A stretch of 64,000 nt of DNA, from NCBI GenBank assembly GCA_021323535.1, contig JAJONO010000004.1, positions 8,094-72,093 of the forward strand, written 5' to 3'. The stretch comes from Bacteroidota bacterium (lineage in GTDB: Bacteria > Bacteroidota > Bacteroidia > B-17B0 > Aurantibacillaceae). Positions 17,131-26,143 of this stretch are shown piece after piece. Positions within the stretch are counted from its first letter, which is position 1, and each line of letters begins with the position of its first letter. Below the pieces are notes generated by a model. The model did not search any database, was not told the DNA's origin, and saw nothing but the letters and a program-made list of their open reading frames with translations. Made by a program: the position numbers and the translations under genes.

Positions 17131-20100
17131 CTATTTCTTATAAATAATAAAATTATTCACCTCATTCTCTTTCCTTGCTGTCGGCGTTTGCTTCCCACCA
17201 GTAAGTTCGGCCACTTTATCGATCACATAGAATTTCAATTCCGAAATCTTCACCGTTTTATCTTTATCAAGATCGGCTTCATTGCTTTTTAATCCTTTTA
17301 GAATAGAATACGTGAATACTCCATTGTTCCAGTCCTTCGACTCCAATGCAAATTCATTTCCTCCGGCAGCAGAGATCACTGTTGCGCCCGAACCTTTAGA
17401 CACATCCGAGAACAAAGCCTGCATGTAAGAGAAAGAATTTTTTAATCCCGCTTTGGGTTTGATAGCAAACGATCCTCCCGATTTGGTTGTCACCTTCGAT
17501 GCGTCTGCATTTCCATTACTCGACACCACTTCTACCCCTTCTTTATCTACTTCGCCGGAGTGACAGGCATCGATCAATACTAAACGATTCCTTGCCGCCA
17601 CTTTATTAAGCATGTTTTCAATTTCGTCGTAAGGTAATCCGCGTTCTGCAGGTTGTTCAAAGTTAACATCGTGTGTTGCGATAAAATAATCGAGTTTATC
17701 ATCGAGCAAACCGTGACTTGAAATATAAACGATCACCTGGTCGTCGATCTTCGCTTTTTCAAGAACTTTGGATGCTTCCACAATTTTTTCCTTTGTAGCT
17801 ACAGAATCCTGTATAAAAACGACTTCTGTTTTTCCGAATTGCGTTCCTGATTTCATCATCCCAATAAAATCTTTCGAATCTTTAACAGGAAATTTTAAAT
17901 CATGTTTTGAATCCTTGAATCTTGAAACACCCAATGCAAAAATATAAAGATCAGGTTTCGTCACGGGCTTCGCAAAATCGATCTGGAAACTTTCTTTCGC
18001 GCTTTCCAAACCTTTATCGTTTATTACAGAGACATCGATCTGATTGGCGCCATTTGATAATTCAAGGCTGATCTCCTTGCTGAGTGTTTTTGACTTTGCT
18101 CCACTCACATCCATACCTTTTACTCCGTAAAGCGGAACATTATTTACGAATACATTCACGCGGTTGATCACAGAACTTTCGTCTTTCGCATTTACCTTGA
18201 ATTTAATTTTTCCTCCTGTGTGAGCAATACTTTCTTTTCCTATAACTTCAGCATCGGGTAAACTAAGTGTTCCGCTCATCATTTCTTCGGTAAATCCTAA
18301 TCGCTTTACCCGCTTTTTCCAAGCTTGTTTGTACATTCCCACGAGTAATTTCGGGGAACCTAATCTCTCCATAACAATATCCGGACGGTTCAATACTAAA
18401 TCAAACTGATCGAAGCGGTACAATTTTCCTTTGTAACGGAAACAGATCCCATCGTAATTTCCTTTCGAGCATTTATAATAATAATCTGGTGAGTGAATGA
18501 TGTACTCTTCAGGCCCATTCATACATATAAACGTTCCTTTTTCCATGCATGTTGCAGCGTCCCAGGATTTAGCGGTTCCATCGTCGGAAGCCGTATAAAT
18601 TGTATTTCCATCTGAACTCCAGGTAATATGATTTACATCGTAATGATGACCGGTTAACTGACATTTTACTTTTTTGGTGGCCCAATCAAACAACGTTACT
18701 TTATAATCGTCACCAAATCCTGTTCCCGATCCGGCAGCGAATGTTTTTCCGTCTGGACTAAACGAGCCGCTGAAAATAAAATTCCGTATCCCTCCATCAA
18801 AGGTCTCAACATGTTTTCCTGTTACATAATCGATCACATGAATTCTAAAATTATCTACATGGTTTTCAATTTTTGTATCCGTCACAATTACCTGGTTGGT
18901 ACCAGGTACAAACTCAAGAATTTTATTGACATCGTATTCATTATCTGTTTGAGGGATTTGTCTTCCTGTCATCAGGTCCCTTACATCGAGTTTCATACGA
19001 TCGTTTCCGATAATATATTTGTTATCCGGGCTGATCTTAAAATTTAAAGCGAAAGTAGCGTGCGGTACTTCATATTTCGCTACCTGTTTTCCGGTTGTTG
19101 CATCGTAAACCTGTATTCCTTTGTTCATTACATTTAACGTGTTTACCCTTGCAGCAACAACATATTTTGCATCTGCACTCACATAACACGCTGTTAGAGC
19201 AGGGATCCTGATCTTGTGAAGAATCTCAAAGGTATTGGTTGTAAAAACCGTCATTGTATCCGGATACCATATTGCCGCTTTATCACCTGATTTACTGAAC
19301 GACGCATAATATCCCGGAATATGTTTAATGATACTTCCGTCCTTCAGGTTCCAGAAACGTATACCAGCATTAGAAGAACCGAGAACATCTGTTGCCAGAT
19401 ATTTGTCTGAATTCACTAAAGCAAGCGTACGAATCATTTTGAAAGATCCTTCCAGCATACAAATGCGTTTTCCATTCGAGAGATCGTAAATAATGGTGAC
19501 ATATTTCGATTTGAATTTTCCGTCTTTCATTTCTCCCAGTTGTCCGTTAATGGCCACATTTTTTCCATCCGGGCTAAAAGCAACACTCTGTAATCCGCCA
19601 CAGGTTGTAAAAGTTATCTGGCCTGGTTTAGGCATAGCAATGAACTCATTGATAGTTAAAAGATCTTTTCCTGTTTGAGTATCGTACAAAGTAACTTTAC
19701 ATCCGTTAGTGGCCACTATCATTTTTTTACCGTCGGCCGAAAATTCCGCTAACTGAAATCTATCCGCAAGAGAACATGGAATTGTGATGGTGGGCTTTCC
19801 TGCTTTGAGATCAAATAAAACCACTTCCTTAAAATTGTATCCCGAAGCTAATTCGGCACCCGGACAATATTGAATATTACCGCTGCCGAGTCTTCCTTTT
19901 GAAGGTGCAATCTGCTGCACCGGATCTTCCGTTCCAAAATCAAAGATTGCAAGATTACCGCCATCCTCCGAAATAAATTGTTTACCATTTGAATGTAACC
20001 TGGCCCAGGACGAAGCACTACTGAATTTAGTGGACGCTACAATTTTAGCATTTGGAATTTCGAGTACACAGAGTGAGTCGTCAGTCTGAATCATTACCTT

Positions 20101-20481
20101 TTTTCCATCAGCCGAAAATGAAAAAGGCATTGCCATTGCATCGCCCATATACCCCGAAAGTTTTGCTCCAGTCTGAGAATCCCAGAAGAATACCGGACCA
20201 TTGCGCTCTTTACTTACAATGTATTTCCCATCGGGCGTATATTTCACCTGGGTTACTTCGGAAGTGTGACCAAGTAATGTCCTGAATTCCTGGCGCAAAG
20301 CAATATCCCATATCTTTATCGTGTTATCTTCGGAACATGTTGCGATCTGTTTTCCTGAAGGATGATAATCAATATCGCGAATACCTTTAATGTGGCCCGT
20401 TGTAATAACAAGTTCCGGTTTTTCCTGCGCAAAAAATAATGAAGGAATTAGCAATGAAAGAACAACAATTAATTTTCTCAT
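17131..20481 (-). CDS. Secreted WD40-repeat protein with C-terminal caspase-like (peptidase C14) domain
   Basis: Signal peptide MRKLIVVLSLLIPSLFFAQ. Many WD40 units (e.g. SEDNTIKIWD, ASDDGTAKSWD). The C-terminal ~280 aa carry the His/Cys dyad contexts YISSHG and LIDACHSGE. Confidence 0.85.
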   Translation of the reverse strand: MRKLIVVLSLLIPSLFFAQEKPELVITTGHIKGIRDIDYHPSGKQIATCSEDNTIKIWDIALRQEFRTLLGHTSEVTQVKYTPDGKYIVSKERNGPVFFWDSQTGAKLSGYMGDAMAMPFSFSADGKKVMIQTDDSLCVLEIPNAKIVASTKFSSASSWARLHSNGKQFISEDGGNLAIFDFGTEDPVQQIAPSKGRLGSGNIQYCPGAELASGYNFKEVVLFDLKAGKPTITIPCSLADRFQLAEFSADGKKMIVATNGCKVTLYDTQTGKDLLTINEFIAMPKPGQITFTTCGGLQSVAFSPDGKNVAINGQLGEMKDGKFKSKYVTIIYDLSNGKRICMLEGSFKMIRTLALVNSDKYLATDVLGSSNAGIRFWNLKDGSIIKHIPGYYASFSKSGDKAAIWYPDTMTVFTTNTFEILHKIRIPALTACYVSADAKYVVAARVNTLNVMNKGIQVYDATTGKQVAKYEVPHATFALNFKISPDNKYIIGNDRMKLDVRDLMTGRQIPQTDNEYDVNKILEFVPGTNQVIVTDTKIENHVDNFRIHVIDYVTGKHVETFDGGIRNFIFSGSFSPDGKTFAAGSGTGFGDDYKVTLFDWATKKVKCQLTGHHYDVNHITWSSDGNTIYTASDDGTAKSWDAATCMEKGTFICMNGPEEYIIHSPDYYYKCSKGNYDGICFRYKGKLYRFDQFDLVLNRPDIVMERLGSPKLLVGMYKQAWKKRVKRLGFTEEMMSGTLSLPDAEVIGKESIAHTGGKIKFKVNAKDESSVINRVNVFVNNVPLYGVKGMDVSGAKSKTLSKEISLELSNGANQIDVSVINDKGLESAKESFQIDFAKPVTKPDLYIFALGVSRFKDSKHDLKFPVKDSKDFIGMMKSGTQFGKTEVVFIQDSVATKEKIVEASKVLEKAKIDDQVIVYISSHGLLDDKLDYFIATHDVNFEQPAERGLPYDEIENMLNKVAARNRLVLIDACHSGEVDKEGVEVVSSNGNADASKVTTKSGGSFAIKPKAGLKNSFSYMQALFSDVSKGSGATVISAAGGNEFALESKDWNNGVFTYSILKGLKSNEADLDKDKTVKISELKFYVIDKVAELTGGKQTPTARKENEVNNFIIYKK

Positions 20482-20499
20482 AGTGGAGGGTTTAAATTA

Positions 20500-20535
20500 A
20501 AAACGCGTATCGTTGAATACGCGTTTTATTGTTTT
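20500..20535 (-). terminator. Hairpin terminator between the M48-like and WD40-caspase genes
   Basis: AACGCGTAT (20502-20510) pairs with ATACGCGTT (20517-20525), 6-nt loop, A/T runs on both sides. Confidence 0.6.
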
Positions 20536-20547
20536 TTGTTTTTTGAT

Positions 20548-22212
20548 TTAATTTTCTTTAGCGTAAAGAACCCATCCGCTGACCTTGTCGTTAGCATCGA
20601 CAAGGAAGATGATCTTCGACTTTTCATACACCAGGAAAGTTCCCTGGGCACCTGCTACTGTTCTTGCCGGAGCCCCGTAAACATCCTTTACCGAAGAGGC
20701 CTTTGCGCCAATGGTAATTCCACGTCCCGATTTCCCGCGATACCATGGTGTTGTAACCACAAAGTTATCGAGGCCTTTAGGATATGAATATGTTTTTACT
20801 TTAATAGCGGTATAATCTCCTTCGTGGCGTGAATATATTTTCATAGAAGGGCGTTTTTCATTCTGACGTTTGATCTCCAATTCTTCAGCGCCTTCAAGAG
20901 CGGCATCGATAAGACTTGGCTCAATCTCACCAATATTTTCTTCAATGGTAGAAGATTTTTCGGTGGTAGCTTTTGGTTGTCCGAATAGTTTCGCAAAGAA
21001 ACCAGGAGTAGAAACAGCATTAAGATTTAATTCAGCCATCGCTTTGTTTCCGTCTTTTCCCTTGTTGAACTCAGATTTCGCGTCAGCCGTTTTATTCGTA
21101 TTTGCAAGGGCAATACCTTTTGCAATGTGTGCGTTCGCTGCAACTACAGCTTCACCACTTGCTTCCGCCATTTGAACAGCTTTACCAGCCATTCCTACTG
21201 CCAATTCATGATCGCCCAACAGATCGCTCACCATAGCAAGATTGAGATATGCAGGGGCATATTCTTTATCCATGTTGGTTGCGGTTTGAAACATTTCTTT
21301 TGCTTCATTTAAAAGACGTTTAATTTTTTCTTCTTTGTCTTCGGTCATACCTTTTTGTCCGGCATTATCCATGCGGGTATCAAGGTCCAATGTAAACGGA
21401 TAAGCAAATTTCATTTTTTCAACGTCGTATAGCTTTAATGCTTCGCGTGCTAAAGCAACACCGGCATTGTTATAAATTTCGCGGCTTGGGAAAACAGAAA
21501 TGATGTGATCGTAACATGAAGCGGCGCGTTCAAAATCATCGGTTACGCAAAGCATATTTCCGGCTTCGTAAACCGCGATGAGTTTCTCAAGCATTTTTTT
21601 AGAATTGTCTCCAATCTTCATACGTTCATCCATGGTTGGATAACCATTAGTTACATTCGGTAATTTAGCCGCTGTGTATAATTTTTTGAAGAACTCAGCG
21701 CCCACATTAAGTGATTTGTATCCGGCCATATAACCGAACAATCCGCCATAATAATCGGCCTGCGCTTCGCATTCTGTTTTACGCGCGGCAGTTAATTTAA
21801 GTTTATAGATTTTTGAAGCCACTTCAAGGTCTTCGTTGGCTGTACCAAAAGCCATTCCCCAACCGTGGTCCTTATAGAAGTGCGCTAACTCGTGACCAAG
21901 TACCATGGCCAGAGCATTCATTGAATCAGCTCCGAACTCAGCACAAAGATCATAAATTCCTTCGCCAAGATTAATGGTATTATTTGAAGGGTTGTAATAC
22001 GCGTTAAAGTAGGGTTTACCTGAGTTATAAATAAAGTTGTAGGTTGGTTGCTTGCGACTGTCTTTCGCCGTGGTGGCAATTCTGTCGTAAACACTTTTAC
22101 TGACTTTGTATTTATAATCATTTTTTTCAGGAGGATTTCCCGCATTCATTGAACCTGCAGCGCCAACAAGGGCTACACTTAACAAGATGTTAAATAGATT
22201 AAACTTCTTCAT
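20548..22212 (-). CDS. Secreted M48-like zinc metallopeptidase with TPR repeats
   Basis: Signal peptide MKKFNLFNILLSVALVGAAGS, HExxH in VLGHELAHFYKDHGW, TPR-like helical repeats, and a C-terminal beta-rich domain. Confidence 0.7.
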   Translation of the reverse strand: MKKFNLFNILLSVALVGAAGSMNAGNPPEKNDYKYKVSKSVYDRIATTAKDSRKQPTYNFIYNSGKPYFNAYYNPSNNTINLGEGIYDLCAEFGADSMNALAMVLGHELAHFYKDHGWGMAFGTANEDLEVASKIYKLKLTAARKTECEAQADYYGGLFGYMAGYKSLNVGAEFFKKLYTAAKLPNVTNGYPTMDERMKIGDNSKKMLEKLIAVYEAGNMLCVTDDFERAASCYDHIISVFPSREIYNNAGVALAREALKLYDVEKMKFAYPFTLDLDTRMDNAGQKGMTEDKEEKIKRLLNEAKEMFQTATNMDKEYAPAYLNLAMVSDLLGDHELAVGMAGKAVQMAEASGEAVVAANAHIAKGIALANTNKTADAKSEFNKGKDGNKAMAELNLNAVSTPGFFAKLFGQPKATTEKSSTIEENIGEIEPSLIDAALEGAEELEIKRQNEKRPSMKIYSRHEGDYTAIKVKTYSYPKGLDNFVVTTPWYRGKSGRGITIGAKASSVKDVYGAPARTVAGAQGTFLVYEKSKIIFLVDANDKVSGWVLYAKEN

Positions 22213-22476
22213 TTCTGCTTGTTTAAATTGTGGGTTAAAAATAGAACATTTTGCTTGAATACCTAGTCATTCAGATGGCTTTTTTATCTCTAAACAGGCT
22301 TTAGACTTTGGTTTTAGCCCCGAAATCCCTGTAAACCGTGAGCTGTAAACGTTCCGGGGGATGTCAAAAGGAGCACCTTATTTATCGGTTGGTAGGCTTG
22401 TATCAACAGTTGACAATAGGGAACACTTTTCAACAACCATGCGCCGAGGCAGGGTTTTTAGTACTTTTGATAGCTT

Positions 22477-23328
22477 ATGTTAACACTCGATCCAAAGGAA
22501 TTAACCATACAGGTTTTACAGAAATACCTGCAGAACGCCGTAGCGCCTCGTCCCATCTGTTTTGCCAGCACCATCAGCTTAAACGGAGAACCCAACCTGG
22601 CCCCTTTCAGCTTTTTTAATATTTTTTCTTCCAATCCGCCCATCGCCGTGTTTTCACCTGCTTACAGTGGCAGAACAGGCGCCCCAAAGGACACTCTTCT
22701 CAATGTAAAAGAAGTTCCTGAATGCGTGATCAACGTGGTAAATTACAACATGGTGCAACAAACGAGCCTTTCGAGCAGTCCGTTTCCTAAGGGCGTAAAC
22801 GAATTTGTTAAAGCAGGATTTACACCTATTGCCTCTGATATCGTAAAGCCTTTTCGGGTGAAAGAAAGTCCGGTACAATTCGAATGCAAGGTCATAGAAG
22901 TAAAAGAGCTTGGTAAATCGGGCGGCGCCGGAAACCTTGTTATTTGCGAGATCATCCGTATTCATATTTCGGACTCTGTTCTTAACGAAAACAAACAAAT
23001 AGATACACGTAAAATTGATCTTGTGGCCAGAATGGGCGACAACTGGTACTGCCGAGCCAATGGCGACGCCCTGTTTGAAGTTGAAAAACCAATTACAACC
23101 ATCGGAATCGGAATCGATAATATTCCAGCCGGAATAAGAAACAGCAATGTATTAACGGGAAACAATCTCGGACTTTTAGGAAGTGTTGAACAGCTGCCCA
23201 CTGAAGAAGAAATAAAAGAATTTAAAAAGAATCTCAAAAACTTTTCTTCTGTTGATGAGCAGCACAAATACGCGCAGACGCTTCTTGAAACCAATAAAGT
23301 AAAAGACGCCTGGATGGTCCTGCTTTAA
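22477..23328 (+). CDS. Flavin reductase-like (FMN-binding split-barrel) domain protein
   Basis: PRPICFASTISLNGEPNLAPFSFFN motif of the flavin reductase-like family, plus a ~80-aa C-terminal extension. Confidence 0.75.
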   Translation: MLTLDPKELTIQVLQKYLQNAVAPRPICFASTISLNGEPNLAPFSFFNIFSSNPPIAVFSPAYSGRTGAPKDTLLNVKEVPECVINVVNYNMVQQTSLSSSPFPKGVNEFVKAGFTPIASDIVKPFRVKESPVQFECKVIEVKELGKSGGAGNLVICEIIRIHISDSVLNENKQIDTRKIDLVARMGDNWYCRANGDALFEVEKPITTIGIGIDNIPAGIRNSNVLTGNNLGLLGSVEQLPTEEEIKEFKKNLKNFSSVDEQHKYAQTLLETNKVKDAWMVLL

Positions 23329-24482
23329 TGAAGAGATTAATAGTAATATTCACTGTTCTATTTTCTCTTTCTGTTTATTCTCAAAAGATTCCTGTAAATT
23401 ATAATGAACAGGTAGATGAGCTTATGGAGAAAAATAACGATTCGCTCACCTCGTTGCAAAAGATCTCATCGTTCATCAATACTTCCTTTCAGAAGGAGCC
23501 GGATAAATGCCGCGCCATTTTTTTCTGGGTCACAAAAAACATCGCTTACGATCCGGAACTGATCTACACTTATAGAACCAATCATAACAATCCAAAATTA
23601 GTAATGGAGATCCTGGAAACCAGGTCGGGCATCTGTACAGGATATGCGGCGCTGATGGACACGCTTTGCAAGTTGTGCAAACTTCATACCTGGATCGTAG
23701 AAGGGTCCACCAAACAAAGTTTTCTTCCTTCGGTAATTGGTCACGCCTGGAACGCTGTAAAAGCGGATGGAGAATGGAAAATTATGGACGCCACCTGGGG
23801 AAGTGGCCACATTAAGAATCAGAAATTCATGAAAGCGAGAATGGATCATTATTTTTTTCCGGGGCCACAACAACTTATTCAAACGCATCTGCCAATCGAC
23901 CCTATATGGCAATTACTGGCACGACCCGTTTCCTTGCACCAGTTTCATAACGGAGGCAATTCCACCGTTAAAACGGACTGGAAATACACCGATTCTATCT
24001 CCGCTTTTCTTGCTCTTTCTGAAATAGAACAGATCAGTACCATGATCAGGAGACTCACCGGATTTGGTAATAACAGCGAAGTCACTTTTAACTATTATAA
24101 CTATCTTAAAACAAAAGAAGCGGAATACCAAGTTAAAAAACTCAATCATGCCGGCAGGGTCTACAACCAGGCCAGTGATCTGTTCAATGATTATATCAGT
24201 TTTAAGAACAAACAGTTCAACCCTTTAAAATCCGATGCCGAAATCGCGAAAATGATTCCTACCATGGAGGCGTTAATTAAACAATCGAAAGAAGAAATGG
24301 CAGCAGTGCCAAAACAATTTACCGAAAACAACGGCTTCTATCTCGAAAGCATGCAAAAGCATTATAAAGAGCTGGAAAGCAGGCTGGACGTGGAAAAGGT
24401 CTTTGTAAAAAAGTATCTTGCCACCCCAAAGAACCGTAGAAAAGAATTGTTTTATGTAAAAGTTTACGGGACTGTTAAATAA
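23328..24482 (+). CDS. Secreted transglutaminase-like cysteine protease-fold protein
   Basis: Signal peptide; Cys-His-Asp triad contexts SGICTGYAAL, GHAWNAV, IMDATWG; start overlaps the upstream stop (TAATG). Confidence 0.75.
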   Translation: MKRLIVIFTVLFSLSVYSQKIPVNYNEQVDELMEKNNDSLTSLQKISSFINTSFQKEPDKCRAIFFWVTKNIAYDPELIYTYRTNHNNPKLVMEILETRSGICTGYAALMDTLCKLCKLHTWIVEGSTKQSFLPSVIGHAWNAVKADGEWKIMDATWGSGHIKNQKFMKARMDHYFFPGPQQLIQTHLPIDPIWQLLARPVSLHQFHNGGNSTVKTDWKYTDSISAFLALSEIEQISTMIRRLTGFGNNSEVTFNYYNYLKTKEAEYQVKKLNHAGRVYNQASDLFNDYISFKNKQFNPLKSDAEIAKMIPTMEALIKQSKEEMAAVPKQFTENNGFYLESMQKHYKELESRLDVEKVFVKKYLATPKNRRKELFYVKVYGTVK

Positions 24483-24569
24483 TTAGGATAAATTGTCGAA
24501 AACGGCCTCAAAAACTACGTAACTTAGTAGGTCAACACCAGAAGAAAAACAAAATAAAATAAATATATC

Positions 24570-24968
24570 ATGGAAGTAACAGGAACCCTAAAAGCAAAAT
24601 TCGATACTCAAAAGGTGAGTGATCGTTTTCAAAAACGCGAATTCGTTCTAACAACAGAAGCTAACACGCCTTACCCACAGCATGTAAGTTTCCAGGTGAC
24701 GCAGGATAAATGTGGTCTGCTTGACCAATTCAATCCGGGAGAAGAAATTCGTGTACAGTTCAATTTACGTGGACGCGAATGGAACGGTCCGCAGGGAATT
24801 AAATATTTTAACACCCTTGAGGCATGGCGCATTGAGCGTTTACAGGGTAGCAACAACGCAGGCACCAATCAAAACTCAAACCAAAACACGAATAATAACA
24901 CTTCAGGCGGATCTTCTACACCGGTATTTACTGGTAATGTAGATGATAACGATGATCTTCCTTTCTAA
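24570..24968 (+). CDS. DUF3127 family protein with SSB-like C-terminal tail
   Basis: N-terminal ~90 aa match the DUF3127 pattern (FQKREFVLTT...YPQHVSFQ...NLRGREW), followed by an N/Q/G/S-rich linker and a terminal DDNDDLPF. Confidence 0.75.
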   Translation: MEVTGTLKAKFDTQKVSDRFQKREFVLTTEANTPYPQHVSFQVTQDKCGLLDQFNPGEEIRVQFNLRGREWNGPQGIKYFNTLEAWRIERLQGSNNAGTNQNSNQNTNNNTSGGSSTPVFTGNVDDNDDLPF

Positions 24969-24978
24969 CATAGAGTCA

Positions 24979-25065
24979 GGAGACAAGAACCAAGAGCTAA
25001 GTCTGAACAAAAACAAAACTTCGTTTTGATTTTTTTGTTAAATCCTGGTTCTTGAATCTTGTCTC
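24979..25065 (+). terminator. Compound hairpin downstream of the DUF3127 gene
   Basis: Inner CAAAAC-ttc-GTTTTG followed by ATTTTTTT (25014-25037). Outer imperfect arms GGAGACAAGAACC / GGTTCTTGaatcTTGTCTC. Confidence 0.5.
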
Positions 25066-25100
25066 TTGTTTCTTTATCCAAGTAACACAGAACCCATACG

Positions 25101-26132
25101 ATGAGCAAAAAATCTTCTGTACTTTTAATCTACACAGGCGGAACCATTGGCATGATGCAGGATGCACGCACCAATGAACTCAGGCCCTTTGATTTTAAAG
25201 CACTCACACAGCAGATTCCCGAACTGAATAAATTCGACATCGGGCTCTCATCTATCGCTTTCAAAAATCCAATCGATTCTTCCAACATGCATCCGCTCGT
25301 TTGGGTGGAGATTGCAAAAACTATCCGCGATAATTATAACAAGTTCGACGGCTTTGTCATCCTTCACGGTTCAGACACCATGAGCTTTACAGCAAGCGCG
25401 CTTAGTTTTATGCTGGAGAATTTAAGCAAACCCGTTGTTCTTACAGGCTCACAATTACCAATAGGAATTATCCGTACCGACGGAAAAGAAAATTTAATTA
25501 CCGCCATTGAAATTGCAGCGGCAAAAGAAAAAGGGAAACCAATCGTAAGCGAAGTGTGCATTTACTTCGAATACAAACTATACCGTGGCAACCGTACTTT
25601 CAAATACAACAGCGCGCATTTCGACGCGTTCAAATCGCCTAACTACCATGCACTGGCCGAAGCAGGTGTAAACATTCAGTACAACAAGAGCGCCTTACTT
25701 AAACCAAACAGCAAAGCCTTAAAGGTTCACACCACACTCGACAATAATATTCTTGTTTTAAAAATGTTCCCCGGTATCAATGAAAGAATCACTTCAGCGA
25801 TGCTCGATTCGCACGGAATAAAAGCGATTCTACTCGAAACATTCGGCGCAGGAAATTGTACCACACAGGAATGGTTCACTAAAGAAATTAAAAAAGCCAT
25901 AGATAAAGGCATTATCGTTCTAAACATCACACAATGTCTCGAAGGCCGCGTTGTACAAGGCATGTACGAAACCAGCAGTCACCTTAAAAAACTCGGCGTT
26001 GTTGGCGGAGCCGATCTTACCTTCGAAAGCGCTATTACAAAACTGATGTTTTTACTCGGACAAAAACTCGGCAACGCTCAGATAAAAAAATTATTACAAA
26101 CCAATTTAAGGGGGGAATTAACCACCTCATAA
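25101..26132 (+). CDS. ansA: L-asparaginase, type I (cytoplasmic)
   Basis: YTGGTIGM catalytic Thr motif, HGSDTM, LETFGAGN. Confidence 0.9.
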   Translation: MSKKSSVLLIYTGGTIGMMQDARTNELRPFDFKALTQQIPELNKFDIGLSSIAFKNPIDSSNMHPLVWVEIAKTIRDNYNKFDGFVILHGSDTMSFTASALSFMLENLSKPVVLTGSQLPIGIIRTDGKENLITAIEIAAAKEKGKPIVSEVCIYFEYKLYRGNRTFKYNSAHFDAFKSPNYHALAEAGVNIQYNKSALLKPNSKALKVHTTLDNNILVLKMFPGINERITSAMLDSHGIKAILLETFGAGNCTTQEWFTKEIKKAIDKGIIVLNITQCLEGRVVQGMYETSSHLKKLGVVGGADLTFESAITKLMFLLGQKLGNAQIKKLLQTNLRGELTTS

Positions 26133-26143
26133 ATCCCATTAAA

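Noticed and set aside
17056-17292. 78-aa plus-strand ORF (also 29583-29828, 81 aa)
   Set aside because: Both are translations of the CAGAGA/TTCTGCG word-repeat blocks, giving runs such as LLRFLLLLHFL and SLRLRCSFS. Both also run antisense into neighbouring genes, so they are not credible CDS.
22329-22350. Direct repeat CTGTAAAC ... CTGTAAAC spaced 14 nt apart
   Set aside because: Two 8-mers in AT-rich DNA are within chance expectation, and no partner palindrome or adjacent regulator gene is present.
22213-22476. Possible FMN riboswitch or other leader upstream of the flavin-reductase-like gene
   Set aside because: The 264-nt spacer lacks the conserved RFN-element core sequences, and I could not fold a convincing multi-stem structure by eye. 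The ORF at 22338-22619 overlaps the real gene start and has no motif. Only a covariance-model scan could settle this.
16934-22476. Gasdermin-type or other effector partner for the caspase-like protease
   Set aside because: No ~250-aa unannotated ORF flanks the WD40-caspase gene. Downstream is a repeat block followed by an MFS transporter. The protease also carries a signal peptide, which does not fit cytoplasmic gasdermin activation.
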